A stretch of 64,000 nt of DNA from Candidatus Poribacteria bacterium (lineage in GTDB: Bacteria > Poribacteria > WGA-4E > UBA9662). Of this stretch, positions 50,471-61,960 are shown piece by piece. A program made the position numbers and the translations under genes. Each line of letters begins with the position of its first letter. Within the stretch, counting starts at the first letter, position 1. The notes under the pieces were generated by a model. The model had not been told where the DNA came from and made no database searches. It saw nothing but the letters and a program-made list of their open reading frames with translations. The DNA is taken from the NCBI GenBank assembly GCA_036339735.1, contig JAYZAL010000047.1, forward strand, positions 64,001 to 128,000, read 5' to 3'.

Positions 50471-53400
50471 TTACTTCAAAATCACCATTTTGCGAATTTG
50501 AGAGTAATCACCAGCCCGAATCCGATAGAAATAAACGCCACTAGCGACTGGCTCGCCTTGCTGGTTTTTTCCATCCCAATACATAGCCAGTGTCTTATCT
50601 CGATAGCTGCCCGCAGGCTTTAGCCCTAAATTTATATCTCGGATTAACAAGCCTTCGCTATTGTAGATATTCAAACTCACATCAGCCTCTTCAGCCAAAT
50701 CAAATGGTATCCAAGTTTCTGGGTTAAAGGGATTAGGGTAGTTTTGGCGCAAAGTAGTAGTGATTGGCAAATCTCGCTTTAGACTCAAGGACACACGCCT
50801 ATCAGCTAAGTGAAACTGCTGACCTATAGTAAAAGCTTTTCCTTGTAACAAAAATTTATATCCGGTAGGGATATGACCCGCTTCTATGGTCAAATATGAT
50901 TCAGAACTAGTGATTAACTGCCAGCGAGCATCTTCTAAATTTGGCCGAATATCAGTTTGTAATCTGATGCTACTGTTAGGTTGTAGTAGGTAAGCACTTG
51001 GCTGATTGGCGATTGGTGAATTTGGTGGTATTACCCGATCATATACATCTAAATCTGGGTCAGCTAGCTCGCCCCATCCTATAGCCAACTGAGTTGGTTG
51101 ACCTTCTACTGTCACAGTTAGCGGTAATTGAAAATTTGGCTGCGGTGTGGAAATGGAGAATAAAGGCGCAGCTGAAGACGATTTTTCGATTGTATTAGCA
51201 TTAACCTGAAGTTGACATTCGCCCATACTCAACACCCAGTAACCTTTCCCAGGTTCCAGCCAGCTAGAAAGGTCGTAGGCGTACACATCAGGTTGCCAGT
51301 TATAAAGCGAATTGCGTAGAATTGATGGAATCGTAGAATCAGCTACGCTACTTCCATCGGATACATTGGTCATATTTGTGAAATCAACTGATTGGTTAGG
51401 TGCTCCAACCAGATTCCAACCGGTGGAAATGCTTCGCTGGTAGGACTCGGTTTCGATCAATGGTATTTCTAGCTGGATTGTATTGGGGGCAGTCGATAGA
51501 ATCCAATAGCCTTGACCAACCACCAGCTCTGTCGTTGGTCGGTAATTGTATTGAGCACTATCCCAACCGTAGAATGGAGGTACTAAGCTAGAATGCTGAG
51601 CGAAAACAGCCGAAATCTCAGCAGTTTTGGGAATGCCCGGAATTGAGATTAAATTCCAACCAGACAATAGATCTAAGGTGAAAATGTGGTAAGTACCAAC
51701 AGTTATTTCGAATACATAATCTTGGTCAGTTTCTGGCTTTAAGGTGAATTCTTGTCTTTGACGCATATCGTACACCATAGATGATGGTGGTGAAATGACC
51801 TGTATTGACACACAATCAAATTCAGCTGGAATAGCCGACATGTTCCATTTCATCCGAAAGTTCTGCCCATAGCTCTGTACCCTGATTCTGTAGGTAGCTG
51901 TGTCAAAAGGTGATCGGAAATCAGCCACCAATGGATCTGTATCGGATTGGTTACCAATTAGATAGCTATTCCAGAGCGATTGTGTCTTTGGTGGAATTTC
52001 CAGTTGATCGATACCTGAGTCGAAACCATCGGTAGCTTCCTCGGAAACACCAAAAAATAATTGCCTAGAGTTCATGGTGGCAGACAAACTTTCAACTGTG
52101 ATCTCCGCTTTCCAGATCGGTATTTTTTTTGGGTTCTGAACCAAATCTTTTAGCTTTTGTGTGGTCATCCCAGATTTGATTTGATTATCATATAATACTG
52201 ATATTACCTGCTGATCAATAGGAGCTAGCTCCGCCACACTATTTCTACCTTGGTAGAAGATACTATCTGGGTAACTTTGGCCATCCATTATCAAACCTAA
52301 CCCTTGCACTACCCGCTTTCGAATCAAATGGGCACGTTGCGTTTGACTATTACTAAAACTGTCGATTAAGATTTTACTTTCGATGATTTGATCTTTTTGC
52401 CAACGGATACTTAGAAAGCTTGGGCTACCGAGTTTATAATTCGATTCCAGAAAACCGAGCATAATAGATGGGTAAAAATAGATATTAAAGTTTGGTGCTT
52501 GATCTGTAAGCCGAATTTGTACCGTATCCATTAGAGAATTAAGTAAGTCAATAGTATCGTTCAGAACGGACAAGTCATTATTTCTAACAAATCCATGAGG
52601 TTGGATACGAATTTCTGATGCCCACTTTTTCAATCTATTTTCAGTTGATTCGGACAAAGTAAGCTCAATTAAGTAATCGATTACTGAAGGATTAATATCT
52701 TCCTCATCGTTCGAGGGAAGAATTGTGATGGCAAAATGTTGCGTCTGACTCCAGTAACCAAGCGGATCATAGCCCCTAACGTGTAACCACCATTTTCCGG
52801 GTTCCAATCCGTAGAATTTGAGTTGATGATTAGTCACCTGTAGATCGGCCTCTGTATCAGGAATAGTATTGGGCTGTCGGTCAAGTAGATAGCTATATAC
52901 ACTCTTTGACTCATTGATCGAATCAATTGGTAAAATGGAGAGGTGGAATATCGGCGAGTTATTAGCTACCCCGATTTGAGACTGTGGGTGAGTAGGAGAT
53001 GTTACCTCTGGTGGCTGTATAGGCGTTTGATCAATAATTACTGTTGACCGGGAGGACACTTGGACTGATTCACCTTTACTGTCGGTAACAATAGCCAACA
53101 AGTAGTATCTTCCATTAGAAATATTTGTTGTGTTCCACAAATAACTCTTATCTTTTACTTGCTTTGAAATAAGTTTGGGTTGCGTAGAGTGATTTTGGCC
53201 ACTGGGATAGTAATAGAGGTCGACTTGGTAATCGTCACCGTCTGGGTCATTGGCTATCCAGTTAATCTGGTAAATTTGACCAGCCAGAACATCGACTTCT
53301 GCTGGGCTCACAAAAGTAAAAGTCGGTGCTTGATTTGGTTGAGATAAAGTCCGATGATTAGCATAGATATCTTGTAGTGCTTCCCAGTCAGGATAATCCT

Positions 53401-54964
53401 CCTCGCGCCAGGCTTGGGCTATTTCTACGATCGTCTTTGGGCGTCGATCTCGAAGAATCGACCATAATAAGTCAAATCTGTTTTCGATCTGGTCATCGTC
53501 GATGTTAGGGGTCAGATCGATAGAATTAGCTGTGTCGAAAATATCCCATAGAATACTGGCTACTGCCCCCTCAACTAATGCTCCGTTCGAATTAGATCCA
53601 TTGCCATCATGTGCTCCAGACCACCACCGGTTATTTTCTAGATTAGGATCTCGACCATTCAGAAAACCGGTCACATTGAGAGCTCGGTCATCGATGGCTG
53701 CTTCTAGGAATTCGGCCCAGCCTTCACTCAGAGCAAACTCGGCATCAGTTACCATTTCTAAGCGATGAAATTCTCGGTACTCGCCGCGTGGTATATCACT
53801 GAAATCGTAGTTATAAACTGCTGACATTAGAGCGTGTCCATACTCGTGGTACATCACATTTTTCCTCCATTGGTCTGCTCCAGCAGCAATATGAATCGAT
53901 TCGCTGCTGATGCGACCGAAAAATTGTGTTGTGTAATAGTAGGAACCATCAGTTGATTCTGGCCAAATCACCGAAATAGATTTTGTACGCCGAGTATTCA
54001 CTTGATTTACTAAAAAATCATGTGCTTTCTGTATAGTTTCGAAGATATATCCTACTCCACGGTTGGGATTGGTCTCATCCAAAATCAGATCTCGCTGAAT
54101 ATGTCCAGCTTCGACATTTCGAACCAGATCGGACGTAAAAGTGTAGACTTCACGGCTTGGGCTGGCAACAACCAAAATATCATTTTCCATTTCGATTGAG
54201 ACTTGAAGAACATTGGTTATCTGCGGTTGAAGGCTTACTTCCTCAAATAGGTATTGGCCATCCAAGTCAGAGAACGTCTGGTCGAGTAGTACGTCTGATT
54301 GAAATAACTTCACCTTAGCTCGAACAAGTGGTCGTATTTGACGGAAGTTATCGTTGTAATAGTTAATGGTTCCGCCTAGGCTGAGGCCTCCAAATGCCGC
54401 TAAGTTCACACGCCCACCGACTTGGAGTTGTTGATTCTGTTGTTGACTTACTAAAGGACGTCGTGCTATCTCGGCCTGGCTAGGTGTGGTTTGAAGATAC
54501 AAGTAGAAGTGTTCAGCCTTCTGGCCATCAGTTTCAGTGTATTGGAAGGATGCTTGAAGTGGGTAGTGGCCAGCATGATCAACACGGATGACAACCTGAT
54601 ATTGTTGTTGCCCGTAGGCAGGAAGATAAGTTTGGTCAAAACTCGCCTGAGATAGAGTCGTAATTCCTTTTGGTAATCGGAACTTGATTTGTCCTCGTAA
54701 TGCTACGTTGGATCTAGAAGAAAAGTGGAACGTCAAAGTGCCACTTTGACCGACACGCAGAGATGAGCTCAATTCCAACTGCCCTTCTACCAAGGATTGG
54801 ACAGACCTATTTCCGTGTGATTCCACAGGCATTACCCATGTAAGCAAACAAAAAAGTGATAGCCAATACCCAGACAGACTACTTAAAATTAGCTTGGGCT
54901 TTTTGCTTAATTGGGTTGAGTATCGATGAGGTTTCGTAAAATAAGTATGGCTAATAGATCCCAT
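50471..54964 (-). CDS. Large secreted multidomain zinc metalloprotease-like protein with Ig-like, DUF2927-like and FlgD/T9SS-like C-terminal domains
   Basis: VMYHEYGHALM...ALSEGWAEF; two GWNL(I/V)...G.GYW repeats; NYPNPFNPETWIPFDL...SGVYFY...KMVILK. Confidence 0.8.
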   Translation of the reverse strand: MGSISHTYFTKPHRYSTQLSKKPKLILSSLSGYWLSLFCLLTWVMPVESHGNRSVQSLVEGQLELSSSLRVGQSGTLTFHFSSRSNVALRGQIKFRLPKGITTLSQASFDQTYLPAYGQQQYQVVIRVDHAGHYPLQASFQYTETDGQKAEHFYLYLQTTPSQAEIARRPLVSQQQNQQLQVGGRVNLAAFGGLSLGGTINYYNDNFRQIRPLVRAKVKLFQSDVLLDQTFSDLDGQYLFEEVSLQPQITNVLQVSIEMENDILVVASPSREVYTFTSDLVRNVEAGHIQRDLILDETNPNRGVGYIFETIQKAHDFLVNQVNTRRTKSISVIWPESTDGSYYYTTQFFGRISSESIHIAAGADQWRKNVMYHEYGHALMSAVYNYDFSDIPRGEYREFHRLEMVTDAEFALSEGWAEFLEAAIDDRALNVTGFLNGRDPNLENNRWWSGAHDGNGSNSNGALVEGAVASILWDIFDTANSIDLTPNIDDDQIENRFDLLWSILRDRRPKTIVEIAQAWREEDYPDWEALQDIYANHRTLSQPNQAPTFTFVSPAEVDVLAGQIYQINWIANDPDGDDYQVDLYYYPSGQNHSTQPKLISKQVKDKSYLWNTTNISNGRYYLLAIVTDSKGESVQVSSRSTVIIDQTPIQPPEVTSPTHPQSQIGVANNSPIFHLSILPIDSINESKSVYSYLLDRQPNTIPDTEADLQVTNHQLKFYGLEPGKWWLHVRGYDPLGYWSQTQHFAITILPSNDEEDINPSVIDYLIELTLSESTENRLKKWASEIRIQPHGFVRNNDLSVLNDTIDLLNSLMDTVQIRLTDQAPNFNIYFYPSIMLGFLESNYKLGSPSFLSIRWQKDQIIESKILIDSFSNSQTQRAHLIRKRVVQGLGLIMDGQSYPDSIFYQGRNSVAELAPIDQQVISVLYDNQIKSGMTTQKLKDLVQNPKKIPIWKAEITVESLSATMNSRQLFFGVSEEATDGFDSGIDQLEIPPKTQSLWNSYLIGNQSDTDPLVADFRSPFDTATYRIRVQSYGQNFRMKWNMSAIPAEFDCVSIQVISPPSSMVYDMRQRQEFTLKPETDQDYVFEITVGTYHIFTLDLLSGWNLISIPGIPKTAEISAVFAQHSSLVPPFYGWDSAQYNYRPTTELVVGQGYWILSTAPNTIQLEIPLIETESYQRSISTGWNLVGAPNQSVDFTNMTNVSDGSSVADSTIPSILRNSLYNWQPDVYAYDLSSWLEPGKGYWVLSMGECQLQVNANTIEKSSSAAPLFSISTPQPNFQLPLTVTVEGQPTQLAIGWGELADPDLDVYDRVIPPNSPIANQPSAYLLQPNSSIRLQTDIRPNLEDARWQLITSSESYLTIEAGHIPTGYKFLLQGKAFTIGQQFHLADRRVSLSLKRDLPITTTLRQNYPNPFNPETWIPFDLAEEADVSLNIYNSEGLLIRDINLGLKPAGSYRDKTLAMYWDGKNQQGEPVASGVYFYRIRAGDYSQIRKMVILK

Positions 54965-55168
54965 CTTTTTACTTCCTAATCTCTTTTCATAATTTGATCA
55001 ACGGACTCAAACGAATTAGTTTTACCTTTGGCTAGAATCAGGTTAGGCTCCTAAATTCGGTTACGAGATAACACAGGACGGTGTATAATCATTTAGTCTT
55101 AAGTATTAATGACGTGGTAGTTGGAATTTTAGAGTTCGCCCTACTATGCTGGGCACTCATAACGGTCT

Positions 55169-55216
55169 CTGTTAGTTAACAGCTTTTCGGTAGATAGTAT
55201 TACCGTTAACTAACAG
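55169..55216. repeat. 12-bp inverted repeat in a divergent intergenic region
   Basis: CTGTTAGTTAAC (55169-55180) and GTTAACTAACAG (55205-55216). Confidence 0.7.
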
Positions 55217-55500
55217 TTACAAGTTTACTGATATGATTTGAATTAACAAATTACTTTTGTTATCGGCCTGTTGATTGGACGCTGTTATAAATCGAGGAAT
55301 AGTTGTCTTTTCAACGTTTATCATAGAATATGTTCTGAAGGTTGAACCCAAAAACCATTTGAGTTAGTCTGAATTATCAATTAAAATGAACAGACTTGCT
55401 CTTTTTGAAAAAAACTGATTGCTACTTTGTTTTTTAGAAATCAAGATTTTTTGATCTGAAAAATTAGTTAGAGCCTACCTAGATCAAAAATTGGAATAGA

Positions 55501-57483
55501 TTGGTGTCCCAGTCAGAAAGTATTAAATCAATTATTAACTTAGGCGTTGAGCAGTATAATTCTGGGGATTTTCCTGCAGCTATTGAGACTTACCAGAGTG
55601 GGTTAGTTCTGGAAGAGAATAACCCTTTGTTGTACTACAACTTAGGCCTTGTTTTCCAAAAGATAGGACAGTTGAAGCATGCCATATCCGCCTATCAAAA
55701 AAGCTTGGAATTAAAAGCTGATAATGCTCAAGCTTACAATAATATCGGTGTTATTTGGGTAGAAGAAGGAAAATTTGATCTAGCCTTATCAACCTTTAGG
55801 CAAGCGGTACTGATCGATAACAATTATATTGAAGTCTATAACAATATAGGTCAGGTTCTGGAAAAGACAGCACGTGTAGAACAGGCTATTATCATATATA
55901 AAAGAGCTTTGGACATCAATATAGGGCATGCTCCTACTCATAATCATCTTGGTCTAGCTTATCACAAGACAGGTCAGTTTGATCTTGCCATTGACAGTTT
56001 TCGTCAAGCCATAATTATTTGGCCCGAATATGCCGGGGCATATTCGAATTTGGGCGTTTCTCTGAAGGAACAAGAAAATTTGGAAGAAGCTCTCGAATGT
56101 TATGAAAAAGCACTCCAACTTGAGCCGAATCAACCAGAAGCAAATAGCAATAAAGGTAAATTATTACTAGAAATCGGGGAAACAGATTCTGCTTTATACT
56201 TTTATGATAAAGCTACCCATTTTGCGCCGAATGATCATACCATTCGTAGTAATATGCTATTTGCTAGTCTTCATTCATCAGAAATTACTCCCCAAACCTT
56301 AGCTGAACGCCACCAAAAATGGGGGAAAATCTACCCACCAAGTACTACGGCAGGTAGTACTCGGTTTATGGACCGAGACACATTGAACATCGGTTATGTC
56401 TCACCCGATTTTCGTCAGCATGCCTGGGCCAGTTTCATCGAGCCTATACTCGCTAACCATAACTTGGATAATCGTAATAAATTCGATGTTTTTTGTTATT
56501 CACAAGTCAATCATAAAGACAATATTACCAGTCATTTCCAGTCTATGGCTGATCATTGGAGGGATATTTCGCATTTGTCAGATCAACAAGCTGCAGATAT
56601 GATCGTGGAAGACAAAATTGATATTCTGGTTGACTTAAGTGGACATGCTGCGGACAATCGACTTCGAATGTTCAATTTGAAACCTGCGCCTATTCAGGCA
56701 ATATTGGGACACTACCAGTCTACCACAGGCCTGAAAACGATGGACTATAGACTTACTGATTGTTGGATCGACCCGCCAGATACTGCAAATTTATACGATG
56801 AGAAACTTATATATCTGGATTATGGTACACTTTGCTACGACCCACCCGATTTGGCTCCTCCTATCCAACCTCCACCATCAGAACAGAATGGATATATCAC
56901 CTTCTGCTCCTTCAATCGATTGACCAAGGTCAATTGTCAAGTGATCGCATTGTGGGCTCAAGTCCTAAAAGCTGTACCTGATTCGATGCTTATGCTGAAA
57001 GATCGCTGGTTTTCCCAGAAGTTTGTGCGAAATAAATTTTATGATTCTTTTTTATCACATGGAATTGAACCTGATAGACTTAATCTAATCTCGACCGTTG
57101 AAAGCTATCAGGATCATCTTGATTTGTACAATCAGGCCGATATTGCACTCGATCCATTTCCTTGCAACGGTCAGACAACTAGCTGTGAAGGACTCTGGAT
57201 GGGGTTACCAGTTTTAACCTGGTCTGGTAATCGATGTTCACAAAGGTTTGGTAATTCTTTATTATCTCGACTAGAACTTAGGGAACTAATCGCCACGGAT
57301 AAAAGTGAATACGTAGTCAAGGCCACAAGTGTTGCTAAAAATCGAGAGATGCGAAATTTTTTGAGGGCTGATCTAAGACAACAAATGAGGCAGAAGATTT
57401 GCGATGGATCGACTTTTGTTCAACAACTAGAAAATAGCTACCGGAAGATGGCCTCTGCCCATCTCCAAAGCATTAAATCTTGA
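55501..57483 (+). CDS. TPR-containing GT41 glycosyltransferase (OGT/SPINDLY-like)
   Basis: About 7 canonical TPRs, then IGYVSPDFRQH, DILVDLSGH, SFNRLTK, DIALDPFP.NG.TT..EGLWMGLPVLT. Confidence 0.92.
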   Translation: MVSQSESIKSIINLGVEQYNSGDFPAAIETYQSGLVLEENNPLLYYNLGLVFQKIGQLKHAISAYQKSLELKADNAQAYNNIGVIWVEEGKFDLALSTFRQAVLIDNNYIEVYNNIGQVLEKTARVEQAIIIYKRALDINIGHAPTHNHLGLAYHKTGQFDLAIDSFRQAIIIWPEYAGAYSNLGVSLKEQENLEEALECYEKALQLEPNQPEANSNKGKLLLEIGETDSALYFYDKATHFAPNDHTIRSNMLFASLHSSEITPQTLAERHQKWGKIYPPSTTAGSTRFMDRDTLNIGYVSPDFRQHAWASFIEPILANHNLDNRNKFDVFCYSQVNHKDNITSHFQSMADHWRDISHLSDQQAADMIVEDKIDILVDLSGHAADNRLRMFNLKPAPIQAILGHYQSTTGLKTMDYRLTDCWIDPPDTANLYDEKLIYLDYGTLCYDPPDLAPPIQPPPSEQNGYITFCSFNRLTKVNCQVIALWAQVLKAVPDSMLMLKDRWFSQKFVRNKFYDSFLSHGIEPDRLNLISTVESYQDHLDLYNQADIALDPFPCNGQTTSCEGLWMGLPVLTWSGNRCSQRFGNSLLSRLELRELIATDKSEYVVKATSVAKNREMRNFLRADLRQQMRQKICDGSTFVQQLENSYRKMASAHLQSIKS

Positions 57484-57503
57484 AACATAAAAACGAGGTC
57501 AAA

Positions 57504-58544
57504 ATGAAAGCGGCGCTTTTTTATGGTGGTAATGATATTCGTTTAGAGACCGTACCAATTCCTGAGCCCGAAAGAGGCCATGTTCAAGTTCGTGTTCAAG
57601 CAACCGGTATCTGCGGTGGGGACATTGCTGGTTATAAGGCCCAGCCAGCGCGACCTCATTCTGCGCGTATGGCAGGACATGAACCAACTGGTATCATTTC
57701 TGCATTAGGGGAAGGAGTTAGTAAATTTGAGGTAGGAGACCGAGTTGCAATTGAACCAACGGTACCTTGTAATGAATGCCCGCAATGCATGAATGGCAAT
57801 TACAACATATGTTCAAAATTGCAACATGTTGGTGGAATGAAAAGAGGAGGAGGTTTTGCGGAATATATGACGACACCCGTAGATAACGCTTACTTTCTTC
57901 CTCCCAACGTTTCGTTTGAAGCCGGTGCACTAGTTGAGGTATATGCAGTTGCAGTCCACGCTCTGACCCGAACTCCTGTTCAGCCTGGAGACAAAGTCGC
58001 AGTGATCGGTAGTGGACCAGTTGGTATGACCATTGCTCAGATGGCAGACGTAGCTGGAGCTCAGTCAGTAATTATACTAGGCAAACCGGATCAACCGCTC
58101 AAAATTGCCCAAGAGATGATGTCTTGTCAAACAATTAATGTTGACCAAGAAGATCCTGTGCAAACTGTTAAAAAATTAACTGGTGGAACTGGAGCAACCG
58201 TCGTATTTGAGGCTGTTGGTGGACGAGCGAATACCCTCGAGCAAGCGACAGAAATTGCAGCTAAACGGGGGCGCATTTGCATGGTAGGAGGGCATTCAGC
58301 GCCGCTGTCATTCCACGAAGGTCACGCCCGCAGTAAAGAACTAACCATTTCTTGGTCGTTCTGCTATGGTCGTCGTGATGGAGAAAAAGAGTTCCAATTG
58401 GCCATTGACTTACTAGCAACTGGAAAGTTGAATCCAGATCCTCTTATTACTCATCAATACCCATTGGATAATGTCCTACAGGCATTCGAGGCTGCTGCTG
58501 GGCGAGAAGTCTATGGCTCCATTAAGGTATTAGTATTACCTTAG
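57504..58544 (+). CDS. Zinc-dependent (MDR) alcohol/sugar dehydrogenase
   Basis: GICGGD, GHE, C..C..C.......C structural Zn site, GSGPVG; GAGG RBS. Confidence 0.93.
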   Translation: MKAALFYGGNDIRLETVPIPEPERGHVQVRVQATGICGGDIAGYKAQPARPHSARMAGHEPTGIISALGEGVSKFEVGDRVAIEPTVPCNECPQCMNGNYNICSKLQHVGGMKRGGGFAEYMTTPVDNAYFLPPNVSFEAGALVEVYAVAVHALTRTPVQPGDKVAVIGSGPVGMTIAQMADVAGAQSVIILGKPDQPLKIAQEMMSCQTINVDQEDPVQTVKKLTGGTGATVVFEAVGGRANTLEQATEIAAKRGRICMVGGHSAPLSFHEGHARSKELTISWSFCYGRRDGEKEFQLAIDLLATGKLNPDPLITHQYPLDNVLQAFEAAAGREVYGSIKVLVLP

Positions 58545-58897
58545 CGCATCAAAATTGACCGCGGGATAAAATATTGATGTAAAATTTTAACAAAACTTAG
58601 CATCAATTTGAATTAGATGTAGTAGAAGGCAATTTGGATCACCTTATTCTTACGGATAGGTGTATGGCTACACTTCCACTTATTTGCGAACTTTGATGGG
58701 GATGGAGATTGATTCCTCGGTTTATGAATTTGGACAGGATTCTAACCTTTGTCTAGTTGACAGCTCACTATATCCTTCCAATATGTGTCTAACCTAATGT
58801 ACTATGCTAAATGATACTATCGGCCGATAGTTTGTTTTCACATAGTAATTAAAGTATTATAGATCCGATAATAAAAAACTTAATCAAAATCAAAACA

Positions 58898-61630
58898 ATG
58901 TCAGAAAAGCTAAGCAACCAAATCTCTATAGATGACCGATTAGTCGAATTCACAGAAGGTGAGACACTTTATCAAATCGCCCAAAGATGTCCAACGAATG
59001 ACCCATGTAGTCATCCAATTCCGACATTGTGTTACGATGATCGCTTAGACCCAGTCGGTAGTTGTCGACTGTGTGTGGTGGAAGTCGATGGTTTTCGAAA
59101 CCCAGTTGCTTCCTGCACAACCAAAGCCTCACCAGGTATGGTAGTTCAAACTCAGACTGATCAGATAGAAAAATATCGCCAAACTCTTCTGGAAATGGTG
59201 GCTTCTGAAAATCGACAGATTGAAGTTGATCCCTTACGAGGCTACGCTTCACAGGAATTGAGTTCACTTATAGAACAATATGAAGTGAGAACCGATCGAT
59301 TTTCTGGTCATCAATCAGGAAACAGTCATCAGACTGATGATAACCCATTCATTCTACGAGATTATGACTTGTGTATTTCTTGCTATCGATGTGTCCGTGT
59401 TTGCGCTGAACAAGAAGGTGATTATGCCATTAACATTATGAATCGCGGGTTTGAGTCACAAATCACTACTGAATTTAATACAATTCTAAAAGACTCAGCA
59501 TGTACCTTCTGCGGTCAGTGCGTACAAACTTGCCCGACCGGTGCCTTAGCCGACAAAAAAGCATTGAGAGCGGTCAACGATGATAGTGAGTTGGAAAAGA
59601 CCCGGTCTGTTTGTTCATATTGTGGAGTTGGTTGTTCAGTAGACTTAGTCACCAAATCAGATAGAGTTGTTGCTATCCAACCAGCTATGGATGGCCCCGC
59701 CAATCAGGGGGCTTTGTGTGTTAAGGGGCAATTTGCGTTTGATTTTGTTCATCACCCAGACCGACTTAAGGTGCCACTGGTTCGTAATAAAAATGGTCTT
59801 TTAGAAGAGAGCAGCTGGGAGTTCGCTTTGGATCGAGCAGCAGCGGGCTTCCAAAAAGCCAAAGACTCTCACGGACGACATAGTGTCTATGGTGTCGCTT
59901 CGGGTCGAGCACCAATAGAAGCCGCCTATATGATGCAAAAATTTATTCGCGCTGGCTTCGGAACGAATTATATTGATAATTGTAGTCGTGCCTGACATGC
60001 ACCAACTGTCGCCGGTCTGGCGGCAACAATTGGTCGCGGTGCCATGTCAAACCCACTGGCTGACATGCAAAAACCAGAAGTCATTTTTTGTATCGGAACC
60101 AACATGACTGAATGTCATCCGGTTGCAGCTACAGGTATTAAAAAAGCTATTGCAAAAGGTAGTAAATTGATCGTTGCAGATCCACGGCGAATTGGGTTAG
60201 CTGATTTATCACATCTGTATTTGCCGCTTCGTGTTGGCTCAGATGTAGCATTATTACTAGCGATGGCACATGTTATTCAAAGGGAAGGTTTAGCTAATAA
60301 TGACTTCATTGAAACACGAACCAAGGGAATCCAAGATTTTTTAAATCATATCGAGGATTTTACACCAGAATGGGCTGCGACTATCACTGGTTTGAATCCA
60401 AAAGATATCGAAACTGCCGCAATTTTATATGCTTCTGCTAATCGCTCTGCAATCTACTATACACTCGGTATTACTGAACATATCTGTGGAGTTGATAATG
60501 TCCAGAGTTTGTCAAATTTGGCTCTGATGACTGGACACATAGGAAAAGAAGGTACTGGACTCAACCCAATGCGTGGCCAAAACAATATTCAGGGTGCTGG
60601 TGATAGTGGTGCTTTACCCAATAATTATCCCGGTTTTCAATCTGTTTTGGTTCCCGAACATCAAGCTAAATTTGAAAAACAGTATGGACGTAAGATAGAT
60701 CTGGAAAAGGGCATCACAAAGGTGACGGCCTTGAATCAGTGCGGAAACCAAATTCGAGCCATGCTGATCAATGGCGAAAACACACTGATATCGGACCCTG
60801 ATCGGCATCATTGCCAACACGCTTTGGAAAGTTTGGACCATTTGGTAGTAATCGATATATTTTTGACTGAGACGGCTGAATTAGCAGATGTGGTTCTTCC
60901 AGCTACTGCTTTCGCTGAAACTGATGGGACAGCTACCAACACGGAACGTCGTGTACAACGTTTGCGAGCGGCGGTTTCTCCACCTGGAAAGGCAAAACCA
61001 GATTGGTGGATTATAGCCCAAATGGCCCAAAGACTGGGTCTGTCTAATTTCGACTATCAGCATCCAAAAGCTATTTTCAACGAACTGTGTCGTTTGTCCC
61101 CAGTCTACGCTGGGCTAAATTGGGAGCGTATTGAGGATGGTCAATATCAATGGCCAGTTCCTGAGGTCGGCCATCCAGGAACACCAGTTTTGCACCAAGA
61201 CGAGTTCGTGAATGGACGTGGTGTTTTTAAGATCACCAGTTATCGGGATCCTCACGAGACTATCAGCAACGAATATCCTATTTGGCTAACAACCGGTCGC
61301 CGTCTGACCTCCTATCACACACGTACTCAAACTGGCCGTTCCGCCGGAATTGATTATTTATTAGCCGAAGAGGCTCTCGAAGTCAATCCCAATGATATGC
61401 AAGAGTGGGGGTTAACCGAAGGCGAATGGTATAACCTTTCCAGTTCAAAAGGTAGAGTCAAAATCCGAGTTCGCGCAACGGAAAAATCACCACCAGGTAC
61501 TGTATTTGCGAGTTTTAGTTTTAGTGATGTACCAATTAACGTCCTGACCGGTGGAGGCTACGACCCAATTACCGAAACAGCAGAGCTGAAAGTTTGCCCA
61601 GTTAAAATTGAACCTATTTACAATAAATAA
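58898..61630 (+). CDS. fdhF: Selenocysteine-containing formate dehydrogenase alpha subunit with N-terminal Fe-S (NuoG-like) domains, 910 aa
   Basis: ORFs 58898-59995 and 60044-61630 are in one frame, joined across TGA at 59993-59995 in IDNCSRA-U-HAPTVAGL; CSYCGVGC, RGQNNIQG, C-terminal AELKVCPV. Confidence 0.93.
59993..60034 (+). promoter_or_regulatory. Bacterial SECIS element following the Sec UGA codon
   Basis: TGTCGCC-GGTCT-GGCGGCA stem-loop starts 11 nt after UGA; lower stem ACCAA/TTGGT. Confidence 0.85.
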
Positions 61631-61960
61631 ATTGAGAATTGCTGAGATCTAAATTCGAAAAATATCTATCTTTATTAGGGTTTAGAAACTTGATCTCGGT
61701 AAATTTGTGGCGTGTTATGTATTGTCAGTCAGAATGACCAATTGTTACTTAATACAGAAACAGTTGACAACAGTTGTGTGTATTCTGGCGGACTGCTATA
61801 CGAAGTAAACCATCGAACTACTAAAGTTTTAGCTCGTGGTGTATTTTTGCTTAGTCAGCCAATATGATCTTTTTTAATTCTAATTTTGGGTTTTGGTTCA
61901 ACCTTGAACCGTATACTGCCTTTCCGATATTATACTCGCATCTTTTTAAGGTTATAGGCA

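Noticed and set aside
58545-58897. Moco/tungsten riboswitch upstream of fdh
   Set aside because: No matching conserved elements; only a short FANFDGDGD-like fragment that may be chance.
58898-61630. Two separate fdh genes or a pseudogene
   Set aside because: Same frame, a single UGA at the catalytic position and a SECIS hairpin indicate selenocysteine readthrough.
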